Positions 15,146-31,600 of a DNA stretch of 64,000 nt are shown one piece after another. Both the position numbers and the translations under genes were made by a program. Location of the stretch: NCBI GenBank assembly GCA_053919585.1, contig CM132796.1; one strand, 5' to 3'. How positions within the stretch are numbered: the first letter of the stretch is position 1; each line of letters opens with the position of its first letter. The DNA comes from Euprymna scolopes. Taxonomy: Eukaryota. The notes beneath the pieces are model-generated. The model saw only the letters and a list, made by a program, of their open reading frames with translations, had not been told where the DNA came from and ran no database searches.

Positions 15146-16551
15146 ATCCATATGTTATGAATGTTAACAGAGCTATCTTACAATCCATATATTATGAACG
15201 TTAGTAGAGTTATTTTACCATCCATATATTATGAATGTTAGTAGAGCTATCTTACGATCCCTATATTATGACTGTTAGTAGAGCTATCTTACAATCACTA
15301 TACTATGAATGTCAGTAGAGCTATCTAACAATCCATATATTATGAATGTAAGTAGAGCTATCTTACCATCCATATATTATGAATGTTAGTAGAGTTATCT
15401 TACCATCCAAATATTATGAATGTTTGTAGAACTATCTTACCATCCATATGTTATGAATGTTAGTAGAGCTATCTTACAATCCATATATTATGAATGTTAA
15501 CAGAGCTATCTTACAATCCATATATTATGAATGATAGTAGAGCTATCTTACAATCCATATATTATGAATGTTAATAGAGCTATCTTACAATCCATATATT
15601 ATGAATGTTACTAGAGCTATCTTACAATCCATATATTATGAATGTTAATAGAGTCATCTTACAATCCAAATATTATGACTGTTAGTAGAGCTATCTTACC
15701 ATCCAAATATTATAAATGTTAGTAGAGCTATCTTACAATCCATATATTATGAATGTTAGAAGAGCTTTCTTACCATCCATATATTATGAATGTTAGTAGA
15801 GTTATCTTACAATCCAAATATTATGAATGTTAGTAGAGCTATCTTACAATCCATATGTTATGAATGTTAACAGAGCTATCTTACAATCCATATATTATGA
15901 ACGTTAGTAGAGTTATTTTACCATCCATATATTATGAATGTAAGTAGAGCTATCTTACGATCCCTATATTATGACTGTTAGTAGAGCTTTCTTACAATCA
16001 CTATACTATGAATGTCAGTAGAGCTATCTTACAATCCATATATTATGAATGTAAGTAGAGCTATCTTACCATCCATATATTATGAATGTTAGTAGAATTA
16101 TCTTACCATCCAAATATTATGAATGTTTGTAGAACTATCTTACCATCCATATGTTATGAATGTTAGTAGAGCTATCTTACAATCCATATATTATGAATGT
16201 TAATAGAGCTATCTTACAATCCATATATTATGAATGATAGTAGAGCTATCTTACAATCCATATATTATGAATGTTAATAGAGCTATCTTACAATCCATAT
16301 ATTATGAATGTTACTAGAGCTATCTTACAATCCATATATTATGAATGTTAATAGAGTCATCTTACAATCCAAATATTATGACTGTTAGTAGAGCTATCTT
16401 ACCATCCAAATATTATAAATGTTAGTAGAGCTATCTTACAATCCATATATTATGAATGTTAGAAGAGCTTTCTTACCATCCATATATTATGAATGTTAGT
16501 AGAGTTATCTTACAATCCAAATATTATGAATGTTAGTAGAGCTATCTTACA
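15146..16551 (+). repeat. Local tandem duplication of 19 monomers (703 bp x2)
   Basis: AACAG at 15,166/15,869 and GAGTCATC at 15,651/16,354. The CACTATAC, GATCCCT and GATAGTAG markers also repeat. The offset is 703 = 19x37. The paralogous region at ~47,730-48,430 has a single copy. Confidence 0.9.
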
Positions 16552-19500
16552 ATCCATATATTATGAATGTTAGTAGAGTTATCTTACAATCCATATATTA
16601 TGAATGTTAGTAGAGCTATCTTACCATCCATATATTATGAATGTTAGTAGAGCTATCTTACCGTCAATATATTATGAATGTTAGTAGAGCAACCTTACCA
16701 TCCATATATTATGAATGTTAATAGAGCTATCTTACAATCCATATATTATGAATGGTAGTAGAGCTATCTTACAATCCATATATTATGAATGTTAATAGAG
16801 CTATCTTACAATCCATATATTATGAATGTTAGTAGAGCTATCTTACCATCCATATATTATGAATGTTAGTTGAGCTATCTTACAATCCACATATTATGAA
16901 TGTTAGTAAAGCTATCTTACCATCCATATATTATGTGTGTTAGTAGAGTTATGTTACCATCCAAATATTATGAATGTTAGAAGAGCTATCTTACCATCAA
17001 TATATTATGAATGTTAGTAGAGTTGTCTTACAATCCAAATATTATGAATGTTAGTAGAGCTATTACAATCCATATAGAATGAATGTTAGTAGAGTTATCT
17101 TACCATCCAAATATTATGAATGTTAGTAGAGCTATCTTACCATCAATATATTATGACTGTTAGTAGAGCTATCTTACAATCCATATATTATGAATGTTAG
17201 TAGAGCTATCTTACCATCCATATATTATGAATGTTAGTAGAGTTATCTTACCATCCAAATATTATGGATGTTAGTAGAGCTATCTTACCATCCATATATT
17301 ATGAATGTTAGTAGAGATATCTTACCATCCAAATATTATGAATGTTAGTAGAGCAATCTTACTATCGATATATTATGAATGTTAGTAGAGTTATCTTACC
17401 ATCCAAATATCATGAATGTTAGTAGAGCTATCTTACCATCAATATATTATGAATGTTAGTAGAGCTATCTTACCATCCATATATTATGAATGTTAGTAGA
17501 GCTATCTTACCATCAATATATTATGAATTTTATTAGAGCTATCTTACCATCCATATATTATGAATGTTAGTAGAGCTATCTTACTATCCATATATTATGA
17601 ATGTTAGTAGAGTTATCTTACCATCCATATATTATGAATGTAAGTAGAGCTATCTTACCATCCATATATTAAGAATGTTAGAAGAGCTAACTTATCATCC
17701 ATGTATTATGAACGTTAGTAGAGCTATCTTACCATCCTTATATTACGAATGTTAGTAGAGCTATCTTACAATCAATATATTATGAATGTTAGTAGAGCTA
17801 TCTTACCATCCATATATTATGAATGTTACTAGAGCTATCTTACCATCCATATATTATGAATGTTAGTAGAGCTATATTACCATCCATATATAATGAATGT
17901 TAGTAGAGTTATCTTACCATCCATATCTTATGAATGTTTTTAGAGCTATCTTACAATCCATATATTATGAATGTTAGTAGAGCTATCTTACAATCCATAT
18001 GTTATGAATGTTAATAGAGCTATCTTACAATCCATATATTATGAATGTTAGTAGATCTATCTTACAATCCATATATTATGAATGTTAATAGAGCTATCTT
18101 ACCATACATATTTTGAATGTTAGTAGAGCTATCTTACAATCAATATATCATGAATGTTAGTAGGGCTAGCTTACAATCCATATATTATGAATGTTAATAG
18201 AGCTATCTTACAATCCATATATTATGAATGTTAGTAGAGCTATCTTACAATCAATATATTATGAATGTTAGTAGAGCTATCTTACCATCCATATATTATG
18301 AATGTTACTAGAGCTATCTTACCATCCATATATTATGAATGTTAGTAGAGCTATATTACCATCCATATATAATGAATGTTAGTAGAGTTATCTTACCATC
18401 CATATCTTATGAATGTTAGTAGAGCTATTTTACCATCAATATATTATGAATGTTAGTAGAGCTATCTTACCATCCATATTGTATGAATGTTAATAGAGCT
18501 ATCTTACAATCCATATATTATGAATGGTAGTAGAGCTATCTTACAATCCATATATTATAAATGTTAGTAGAGCTATCTTACCATCCATATATTATGAATG
18601 TTACTAGAGTTATCTTACCATCCATATCTTATGAATGTTAGTAGAGCTATTTTACCATCGATATATAAAGAATGTTAGTAGAGCTATCTTATCATAAATA
18701 TATTATGAATGTTAGTAGAGCTATCTTACCATCCTTATATTATGAATGTTAGTAGAGATATCTTACCAGCCATATATTATTAATGTTAGAAGAGCTATCT
18801 TACCATCGAAATATTATGAATGTTAATAGAGCTATCTTACCATCCATATATTATGAATGTTAGTAGAGCTATCTTACGATCCATATATTATGAATGTTAG
18901 TAGACCTACCTTACGATCCATATATTATGAATGTCAGTAGAGCTATCTTACAATCCATATGTTATGAATGTTAACAGAGCTATCTTACAATCCATATATT
19001 ATGAACGTTAGTAGAGTTATTTTACCATCCATATATTATGAATGTTAGTAGAGCTATCTTACGATCCCTATATTATGACTGTTAGTAGAGCTATCTTACA
19101 ATCACTATACTATGAATGTCAGTAGAGCTATCTTACAATCCATATATTATGAATGTTAGTAGAGCTATCTTACCATCCATATATTATGAATGTTAGTAGA
19201 GTTATCTTACCATCCAAATATTATGAATTTTAATTGAACTATCTTACCATCCATATATTATGAATGTTAGTAGAGCTATCTTACAATCCATATATTATGA
19301 ATGTTAATAGAGCTATCTTACAATCCATATATTATGAATGATAGTAGAGCTATCTTACAATCCATATATTATGAATGTTAATAGAGATATCTTACAATCC
19401 ATATATTATGAATGTTAGTAGAGCTATCTTACAATCCATATATTATGAATGTTAATAGAGTCATCTTACAATCCAAATATTATGACTGTTAGTAGAGCTA

Positions 19501-22500
19501 TCTTACCATCCATATATTATGAATGTTAGTAGAGCTATCTTACAATCCATATATTATGAATGTTAGAAGAGCTTTCTTACCATCCATATATTATGAATGT
19601 TAGTAGAGTTATCTTACAATCAAAATATTATGAATGTTAGTAGAGCTATCTTACCATCCATATATTATGAATGTTAGTAGAGTTATCTTACCATCCAAAT
19701 ATTATGAATGTTAGAAGAGCTATCTTACAATCCATATATTATGAATGTTAGTAGAGTTATCTTACGATCCAAATATTATGAATGTTAGTAGAGCTATCTT
19801 ACCATCCATATATTATGAATGTTAGTAGAGTTATCTTACAATCCATATATTATGAATGTTAGTAGAGCTATCTTACCATCCATATATTATGAATGTGGTA
19901 GAGCTATCTTACCATCAATATATTATGAATGTCAGTAGAGCTACCTTACCATCCATATATTATGAATGTTAATAGAGCTATCTTACAATCCATATATTAT
20001 GAATGGTAGTAGAGCTATCTTACAATCCATATATTATGAATGTTAGTAGAGCTATCTTACCATCCATATATTATGAATGTTAGTAGAGCTATCTTACAAT
20101 CCATATATTATAAATGTTAGTAAAGCTATCTTACCATCCATATATTATGTGTGTTAGTAGAGTTATGTTACCATCCAAATATTATGAATGTTAGAAGAGC
20201 TATCTTACCATCAATATATTATGAATGTTAGTAGAGTTATCTTACCATCCAAAAATATTATGAATGTTAGTAGAGCTATCTTACCATCCATATAGTATGA
20301 ATGTTAGTAGAGATATCTTACCATCCAAATATTATGAATGTTAGTAGAGCTATCTTACCATCAATATATTATGAATGTTAGTAGAGTTATGTTACCATCC
20401 ATATATTATTAATGTTAGTAGAGCTATCTTTCCAACCATATATTATGAATGTTAGTAGAGCTATCTTACCATCCATATATTATAAATGTTAGTAGAGCTT
20501 TCTTACCATCCATATATTACAAAGGTTAGTAGAGCTGTCTTACGATCCTGATATTAGGAATGTTTGTAGAGATATCTTACCATCCATATATTATGAATGT
20601 TATTAGAGCTATCTTACGATCAAAATATTATGAATGTTAATAGAGCTATCTTACCATCCATATATTATGAATGTTAGTAGAGCTTTCTTACGATCAATAT
20701 ATTATGAAGGTTAGTAGAGCTATCTTACAATCCATATATCATGAATGTCAGTAGAGCTATCTTACAATCCATATATTATGAATGTTAATAGAGCTATCTT
20801 ACAATCCATATATTATGAATTTTAGTAGAGCTATCTTACCATCCATATATTATGAATGTTTTTAGAGCAATCTTACAATCCATATATTATGAATGTTAGA
20901 TTTATCTTACCGTCCATATATTATGAATGTTAATAGAGCTATCTTACAATCCAAATATTATGAATGTTAGTAGAGCTATCTTACCATCCATATATTATGA
21001 ATGTTAGTAGAGTTATCTTACAATCCAAATGTTATCAATTTTAGTAGAGCTATCTTACGATCCATATATTATGAATGTTAGTAGAGTTATCTTACGATCA
21101 CAATATTATGACTGTTAGTAGAGCTATCTTACAATCCATATATTATGAATGTAAGTAGAGTTATCTTACAATCCATATATTGTGAATGTTAGTAGAGCTA
21201 TCTTACCATCCATATATTATTAATGTTAGTAGAGCTATTTTACCATCAATATATTATGAATGTTAGTAGAGCTATCTTACCATCCATATATTATGAATGT
21301 TAATAGAGCTATCTTACAATCCATATATTATGAATGGTAGTAGAGCTATCTTACAATCCATATATTATGAATGTTAATAGAGCTATTTTACCATCCATAT
21401 ATTATGAATGTTAGTAGAGCTATCTTACGATCCATATATTATGAATGTTAGTAGAGCTATCTTACAATCCATATATTATGAATGTTAGTAGAGCTATCTA
21501 ACCATCCATATATTATGTGTGTTAGTAGAGTTATGTTATCATCCAAATATTATGAATGTTAGTAGAGCTATCTTACCATCAATATATTATGAATGTTAGT
21601 AGAGTTATCTTAGCATCCAAATATTATGAATGTTAGTAGAGCTATCTTACCATCCATATATTATGAATGTTAGTAGAGTTATGTTACCATCCATATATTA
21701 TGAATGTTAGTAGAGCTATCTTTCCATCCATATATTATGAATGTTAGTAGAGCTATCTCACCATCCATATATTATGAATGTTAGCAGAGCTATCTTACCA
21801 TCCATATATTATGAAGGTTAGTAGAGCTATCTTACGATCCTGATATTATGAATGTTAGTAGAGATATCTTACCATCCATATATTATAAATGTTAGTAGAG
21901 CTATCTTACCATCAAAATATTATGAATGTTAATAGAGCTATCTTACAATCCATATATTATGAATGTTAGTAGAGCTTTCTTACGATCCATATATTATGAA
22001 GGTTAGTAGAGCTATCTTACAATCCACATATCATGAATGTCAGTAGAGCTATCTTACAATCCATATATTATGAATGTTAATAGAGCTATCTTACAATCCA
22101 TATAATATGAATTTTAGTAGAGCTATCTTACCATCCATATATGATGAATGTTTATAGAGCTATCTTACAATCCATATATTATGAATGTAAGTAGATCTAT
22201 CTTACAATCCATATATTATGAATGTTAATAGAGCTATCTTACCATACATATACTCTGAATGTTAGTAGAGCTATCTTACAATCCCTATATTATGAATGTT
22301 AGTAGAGCAATCTTACCATCCATATATTATGAATGGTAATATTACTATCTTACAATCCATATATTATGAATGTTAGTAGAGCTATCTTACAATCCATATA
22401 TTATGAATGTTAGTAGAGCTATCTTACCATCCAAATATTATGAATGTTAATAGAGCTATCTTACAATCCATATATTATCAATGTTAGTAGAGCTATCTCA

Positions 22501-22679
22501 CGATCCATATATTATGAATGTTAGTAGAGCTATCTTACAATCCATATATTATGAATGTCAGTAGAGCTATCTTACAATCCATATATTATGAATGTTAGTA
22601 GAGCTATCTTACCATCCATATATTATGAATGTTAGTAGAGTTATCCTACCATCCAAATATTATGAATGTAAGTAGAGCT

Positions 22680-25600
22680 ATCTTACCATCCAAATATTAT
22701 GAATGTTGATAGAGCTATCTTACCATACATATATTATGAATGTTAGTAGAGCTATCTTACGATCCATATATTATGAATGTTAGTAGAGCTATCTTACATT
22801 CCATATATTATGAATGTAAGTAGAGCTATCTTACAATCCATATATTATGAATGTTAGTAGAGCTATCTTACTATCCATATATGATGAATGTTAGTAGAGT
22901 AATCTTACCATCCAAATATTATGAATGTTATTAGAGCTATCTTACCATCAATATATTATGAATGTTAGTAGAGCTATCTTACAATTCATATATTATGAAT
23001 GTTAGTAGAGCTCTCTTACAATCCATATATTATGAATGTTAGTAGAGCTACCTTACAGTCCATACATTATGAATGTTATAAGATCTATCTTAAAATCCAT
23101 ATATTATGAATGTTAGTAGAGCTATCTTACAATCCATATATTATGAATGTTAGTAGAGATATCTTACAATCCATATATTATGAATGTTAGTAGAGCTATC
23201 TTACCATCCATATATTATGAATGTTTGTAGAGTTATCTTACCATCCCAATATTATGAATGTTAGTAGAGCTATCTTAACATCCATATATTATGAATGTTA
23301 GTAGAGTTGTCTTACCATCCAAATATTATCAATGTTAGTAGAGCTATCTTACCATCCATATATTATGAATGTTAGTAGAGTTATCTTACCATCCATATAC
23401 TATGAATGTTAGTAGAGCTATCTTTCCATCCATATATTATGACTGTTAGTAGAGCTATCTTACCATTCAATTATTATGAATGTTAGTAGAGCTATCTTAC
23501 CATCCATATATTATGAATGTTAGTAGAGCTATCTTACCATCCATATATTATGAATGTTAGTAGAGGTATCTTACCATCCATATATTATGAATGTTAGTAG
23601 AGCTATTTTACCATCCCTATATTATGAATGTTAGAAGAGCCCTCTTATCATCCATATATTATGAATGTTAGTAGAGCTATCTTACCATCCTTATATTATG
23701 AATGTTAGTAGAGATATCTTACAATCCATATGTTATGAATGTAAGTAGAGCTATCTTACATTCCATATATTATGAATGTTAGTAGCACTATCTTCTATCC
23801 ATATATTATGAATGTTAGTAGAGTTATCTTACCATCCAAATATTATGAATGGTAAGGGAGCTACCTTACCATCTATATATTATTAATGTTATTAGAGCTA
23901 TCTTACCATCCAAATATTATGAATGTTAGTATAGCTATCTTACCATCTATATATTATGACTTTTAATAGAGCTATCTTACAATCCATATATTATGAATGT
24001 TAGTAGAGATATCTTAGAATCCATATATTATGAATGTTAGTAGAGCTATCTTAACATCCAAATATTATGAATGTTAATAGAGCTATCTTACAATCAATAT
24101 ATTATGAATGTTTATAGAGATATCTTACCATCCATATATTATAAATGTTAGTAGAGCTATCTTACCATCCAAATATTATGAATGTTAGTAGAGCAATCTT
24201 ACAATCCATATATTATGAATGTTAGTAGAGCTATCTTACAATCCATATATTATGAATGTTAATAGAGCTATCTTACCATCCAAATATTATGAATGTTAAT
24301 TGAGCTATATTACAATCCATATATTGTGAATGTTAGTAGAGCTATCTTACAATCCATATATTATGAATGTTAGTAGAGCTATCTTACAATCCATATATTA
24401 TGAATGTTAGTAGAGCTATCTTACCATCCATATATTATGAATGTTAGTAGAGCTATCTTACCATCCAAATATTATGAATGTAATTAGAGCTATCTTACCA
24501 TCCATAGTTTATGAATGTTAGTAGAGCTATCTTACAATCCATATATTATGAATGTTAGTAGAGCTATCTTACAATCCATATATTATGAATGTTAGTAGAG
24601 CTATCTTACAATCCATACATTATGAATGTTATTAGATCTATCTTACAATCCATATATTATGAATGTAAGTAGAGCTATCTTACAATCGATATATTATGAA
24701 TGTTAGTAGAGCTATCTTACCATCCATATATTATGAATGTTTGTAGAGTTATCTTACCATCCAAATATTATGAATGTTAGTAGAGCTATCTTACCATCCA
24801 TATATTATGAATGTTAGTAGAGTTATCTTACCATCCAAATATTATGAATGTTAGTAGAGCTATCTTACCATCCATATATTATGAATGTTAGTAGAGTTAT
24901 CTTACCATCCATATATAATGAATGTAAGTAGAGCTATCTTTCCATCCATATATTATGACTGTTAGTAGAGCTATCTTACCAGTCATATATTATGAATGTT
25001 AGTAGAGCTATCTTTCCTCCATATATTATGAATGTTAGTAGAGCTATCTTACCATCCATATATTATGAATGTTAGTAGAGTTAAATACCATCCATATATT
25101 ATGAATGTTAGTAGAGCTATTTTACCATCCCTATATTATGAATGTTAGAAGAGCTATCTTATCATCCATATATTATGAATGTTAGTAGAGCTATCTTACC
25201 ATCCTTATATTATGAATGTAAGTAGAGATATCTTACCATCCATATTTTATGAATGTTAGTAGAGCTATCTTACATTCCATATATTATTAATGTCAGTAGC
25301 ACTATCTTACCATCCATATATTATGAATGTTAGTAGAGTTATCTTACCATCAAAATATTATGAATGTTAATAGAGCTACCTTACCATCCATATATTATTA
25401 ATGTTAGTAGAGCTATCTTACCATCCAAATATTATGAATGTTAGTAGAGCTGTCTTACCATCCATATATTATGAATGTTAATAGAGCTATCTTACAATCC
25501 ATATATTATGAATGTTAGTAGAGATATCTTAGAATCCATATATTATGAATGTTAGTAGAGCTATCTTAACATCCAAATATTATGAATGTTAATAGAGTTA

Positions 25601-28600
25601 TCTTACAATCAATATATTATGAATGTTTATAGAGATATCTTACCATCCATATATTATAAATGTTAGTAGAGCTATCTTACCATCCACATATAATGAATGT
25701 TAGTAGAGCAATCTTACAATCCATATATTATGAATGTTAGTAGAGCTATCTTACAATCCATATATTATGAATGTTAATAGAGCTATCTTACCATCCAAAT
25801 ATTATGAATGTTAATTGAGCTATATTACAATCCATATATTATGAATGTTAGTAGAGCTATCTTACAATCCATATATTATGAATGTTAGTAGAGCTATCTT
25901 ACAATCCATATATTATGAATGTTAGTAGAGCTATCTTACCATCCATATATTATGAATTTTAGTAGAGCTATCTTACCATCCAAATATTATGAATGTTAAT
26001 AGAGCTATCTTTCATTACATATATGATGAATGTTAATAGAGCTATCTTACAATCCATATATTATGAATGTCAGTAGAGCTATCTTACGATCCATATATTA
26101 TGAATGTTAATAGAGCTATCTTACAATCCATATATTATGAATGTTAGTAGAGCTATGTTACAATCCATTTATTATGAATGTTAGTAGAGCTATCTTACAA
26201 TCCATATATTGTGAATGTTAGTAGAGATATCTTACAATCCATATATTATGAATGTTAGTAGAGCTATCTTACAATCAATATATTATGAATGTTAGTAGAG
26301 CTATCTTACCATCCATATATTATGGATGTTAGTAGAGCTACCTTACCATCCAAATAATATGAATGTTAGTAGAGCTGTCTTACCATACATATATTATGAA
26401 TGTTAATAGAGCTATCTTACAATCCATATATATAATGAATGTTAGTAGAGCTATCTTACAATCCATGTATTATGAATGTTAATAGAGCTATCTTACAATC
26501 CATATATTATGAATGTTAGTAAAGGTATCTTACCATACATATATTATGAATGTTAGTAGAGCTATCTTACCATCCAAATGTTATGAATGTTAATAGAGCT
26601 ATCTTACCATACATATATTATGAATGTTAGTAGAGCTATCTTACGATCCATATATTATGAATGTTAGTAGAGCAATCTGACATTCCATATATTATGAATG
26701 TCAGTAGAGCTATCTTACAATCCATATATTATGAATGTTAGTAGAGCTATCTTACCATCCATATATTATTAATGTGAGTAGAGCTATCTTACCATCCAAA
26801 TATTATGAATGTTAGTAGAGTGATCTTACCATACATATATTATGAATGTTAGTAGAGCTATCTTACCATCCTTATATTATGAATGTTAGTAGAGATATCT
26901 TACCATCCATATATTTTGAATGTTAGTAGAGCTTTCTTACATTCCATATATTATGAATGTTAGTAGCACTATCTTACCATCCATATATTATGAATGTTAG
27001 TAGAGTTTTCTTACCATCCCAATATTATGAATGTTAATAGAGCTACCTTACCATCCATATATTATAAATGTTAGTAGAGCTATCTTACCATCCATATATT
27101 ATGAATGTTAGTAGAGCTATCTTACCATCCAAATATTATGAATGTTAGTAGAGCTTTCTTACAATCCATATATTATGAATGTTAGTAGAGATATCTTACA
27201 ATCCATATATTATGAATGTTAGTAGAGCTATATTACCATCCAAATATTATCAATGTTAATAGAGCTATCTTACAATCAATATATTATGAATGTTTATAGA
27301 GATATCTTACCATCCATATTTTATAAATGTTAGTAGAGCTATCTTACTATCCAAATATTAGGAATGTTAGTAGAGTTATCTTACAATCCATATATTATGA
27401 ATGTCAGTAGAGCTATCTTACAATCCATATATTATGAATGTTAATAGAGCTATTTTACCATCCATATATTATGAATGTTAATAGAGCTATCTTACAATCC
27501 ATATATTATGAATGTTAGTAAAGCTATCTTACAATCCATATATTATGAATGTTAGTAGAGCTATCTAACAATCCATATATTATGAATGTTAGTAGAGCTA
27601 TCTTACCATCCATATATTATGAATTTTAGTAGAGCTATCTTACCATCCAAATATTATGAATGTTAATAGAGCTATCTTACCATACATATATTATGAATGT
27701 TAATAGAGCTATCTTACAATCCATATATTATGAATGTTAGTAGAGATATCTTACGATCCATATATTATGAATGTTAGTAGAGCTATCTTACAATCCATAT
27801 ATTATTAATGTTAGTAGAGCTATTTTACAATCCATTTATTATGAATGTTAATAGAGCTATCTTACCATCCATATATTATGAATGTTAGTAGAGCTATCTT
27901 ACCATCCATATATTATGAATATTAGTAGAGCTATCTTACCATCAATATATTATGAATGTTAATAGAGCTATCTTACCATCCATATATTATTAATGTCAGT
28001 AGAGCTATCTTACCATATAAATATTATGAATGTTAGTAGAGCTATCTTACCATACATATATCATGAATGTTCATAGAGCTATCTTTCCATCCCAATATTA
28101 TGAATGTTAAATGAGCTATCTTACAATCCATATATTATGAATGTTAGTAGAGCTATCTTACAATCCATATATTATGAATGTTAGTAGAGCAATCTTACCA
28201 TCCAAATATTATGAATGTTAGTAGAGCTGTCTTAACGTACATATGTTATGAATGTTAAAAGAGCTATCTTACAATCCATATATTATGAATGTTAGTAGAG
28301 CTATCTTTCAATCCATGTATTATGAATGTTAATAGAGCTATCTTACAATCCATATATTATGAATGTTAGTAGAGCTATCTTTCCATACATATATTATGAA
28401 TGTAAGTAGAGCTATCTTACCATCCAAATATTATGAATGTTGATAGAGCTATCTTACCATACATATATTATGAATGTTAGTAGAGCTATCTTACAATCCA
28501 TATATTATGAATGTTAGTAGAGCTATCTTACATTCCATATATTATGAATGTCAGTAGAACTATCTTACAATCCATATATTATGAATGTTAGTAGAGCTAT

Positions 28601-31600
28601 CTTACCATCCATATATTATGAATGTTAGTAGAGTAATCTTACCATCCAAATATTATGAATGTTATTAGAGCAATCTTACCATCCATATATTATGAATGTT
28701 AGTAGAGCTATCTTACAATCCATATATTATGAATGTTAGTAGAGCTATCTTACAATCCATATATTATGAATGTTAGTAGAGCTACCTTACAATCCATACA
28801 TTATGAATGTTATTAGATCTATCTTACAATCCATATATTATGAATGTTAGTAGAGCTATCTTACAATCCATATATTATGAATGTTAGTAGAGCTATCTTA
28901 CAATCCATATATTATGAATGTTAGTAGAGCTATCTTACCATCCATATATTATTAATGTTTGTAGAGTTATCTTTCAATCCATATATTATGACTGTTAGTA
29001 GAGCTATCTTACCATTAATATATTATGAATGTTAGTAGAGCTATCTTACCATCCATATATTATGAATGTTAGTAGAGCTATCTTACCATCCATATATTAT
29101 GAATGTTAGTAGAGTTATCTTACCATCCATATATTATGAATGTTAGTAGAGCTATTTTACCATCCCTATATTATGAATGTTAGAAGAGCTATCTTATCAT
29201 CCATATATTATGAATGTTAGTAGAGCTATCTTACCATCCTTATATTATGAATGTTAGTAGAGATATCTTACCATCCATATTTTATGAATGTTAGTAGAGC
29301 TATCTTACATTCCATATATTATGAATGTTTGTAGCACTATCTTACCATCCATATATTATTAATGTTAGTAGAGTTATCTTACCATCCAAATATTATGAAT
29401 GGTAATGGAGCTACCTTACCATCTATATATTATTAATGTTAGTAGAGCTATCTTACCATCCAAATATTATGAATGTTAGTAGAGCTATCTTACCATCCAT
29501 ATATTATGAATTTTAATAGAGCTATCTTACAATCCATATATTATGAATGTTAGTAGAGATATCTTAGAATCCATATATTATGAATGTTAGTAGAGCTATC
29601 TTAACATCCAAATATTATGAATGTTAATAGAGCTATCTTACAATCAATATATTATGAATGTTTATAGAGATATCTTACCATCCATATATTATAAATGTTA
29701 GTAGAGCTATCTTACCATCCAAATATTATGAATGTTTGTAGAGCAATCTTACAATCCACATATTATGAATGTTAGTAGAGCTATCTTACAATCCATATAT
29801 CATGAATGTTAATAGAGCTATCTGACCATCCAAATATTATGAATGTTAATTGAGCTATATTACAATCCATATATTATGAATGTTAGTAGAGCTATCTTAC
29901 AATCCATATATTATGAATGTTAGTAGAGCTATCTTACAATCCATATATTATGAATGTTAGTAGAGCTATCTTACCATCAATATATTATGAATGTTAGTAG
30001 AGTTATCTTACCATCCAAATATTATGAATGTTATTAGAGCTATCTTACCATCCATATATTATGAATGTTAGTAGAGCTATCTTACAATCCATATATTATG
30101 AATGTTAGTAGAGCTATCGTACAATCCATATATTATGAATGTTAGTAGAGCTATCTTACAATACATACATTATGAATGTTATTAGATCTATCTTACAATC
30201 CATATATTATGAATGTTAGTAGAGCTATCTTACAATCCATATATTATGAATGTTAGTAGAGCTATCTTACAATCCATATATTATGAATGTTAGTAGAGCT
30301 ATCTTACCATCCATATATTATGAATGTTTGTAGAGTTATCTTACCATCCAAATATTATGAATGTTAGTAGAGCTATCTTACCATCCATATATTATGAATG
30401 TTAGTAGAGTTATCTTACCATCCAAATATTATGAATGTTAGTAGAGCTATCTTACCATCCATATATTATGAATGTTAGTAGAGTTATCTTACCATCCATA
30501 TATTATGAATGTTAGTAGAGCTATCTGTCCATCCATATATTATGACTGTTAGTAGAGCTATCTTACCATTCATATATTATGAATGTTAGTAGAGCTATCT
30601 TACCTCCATATATTATGAATGTTAGTAGAGCTATCTTACCATCCATATATTATGAATGTTAGTAGAGTTATCTTACCATCCATATATTATGAATGTTAGT
30701 AGAGCTATTTTACCATCCCTATATTATGAATGGTAGAAGAGCTATCATATCATCCATATATTATGAATGTTAGTAGAGCTATCTTACCATCCTTATATTA
30801 TGAATGTTAGTAGAGATATCTTACCATCCATATTTTATGAATGTTAGTAGAGCTATCGTACACACCATATATTATGAATGTTAGTAGCACTATCTTAACA
30901 TCCATATATTATGAATGTTAGTAGAGTTATCTTACCATCCAAATATTATGAATGTTAATAGAGCTACCTTACCATCCATATATTATTAATGTTAGTAGAG
31001 CTATCTTACCATCCAAATATTATGAATGTTAGTAGAGCTATCTTACCATCCATATATTATGAATGTTAATAGAGCTATCTTACAATCCATATATTATGAA
31101 TGTTAGTAGAGATATCTTAGAATCAATATATTATGAATGTTAGTAGAGCTATCTTAACATCCAAATATTATGAATGTTAATAGAGCTATCTTACAATCAA
31201 TATATTATGAATGTTTATAGAGATATCTTACCATCCATATATTATAAATGTTAGTAGAGATATCTTATCATCCACATATTATGAATGTTAGTAGAGCAAT
31301 CTTACAATCCATATATTATGAATTTTAGTAGAGCTATCTTACAATCCATATATTATGAATGTTAATAGAGCTATCTTACCATCCAAATATTATGAATGTT
31401 AATGGAGCTATATTACAATCCATATATTATGAATGTTAGTAGAGCTATCTTACAATCTATATATTATCAATGTTAGTAGAGCTATCTTACAATCCATATA
31501 TTATGAATGTTAGTAGAGCTATCTTACCATCCATAAATTATGAATTTTAGTAGAGCTATATTACCATCCAAATATTATGAATGTTAATAGAGCTATCTTA

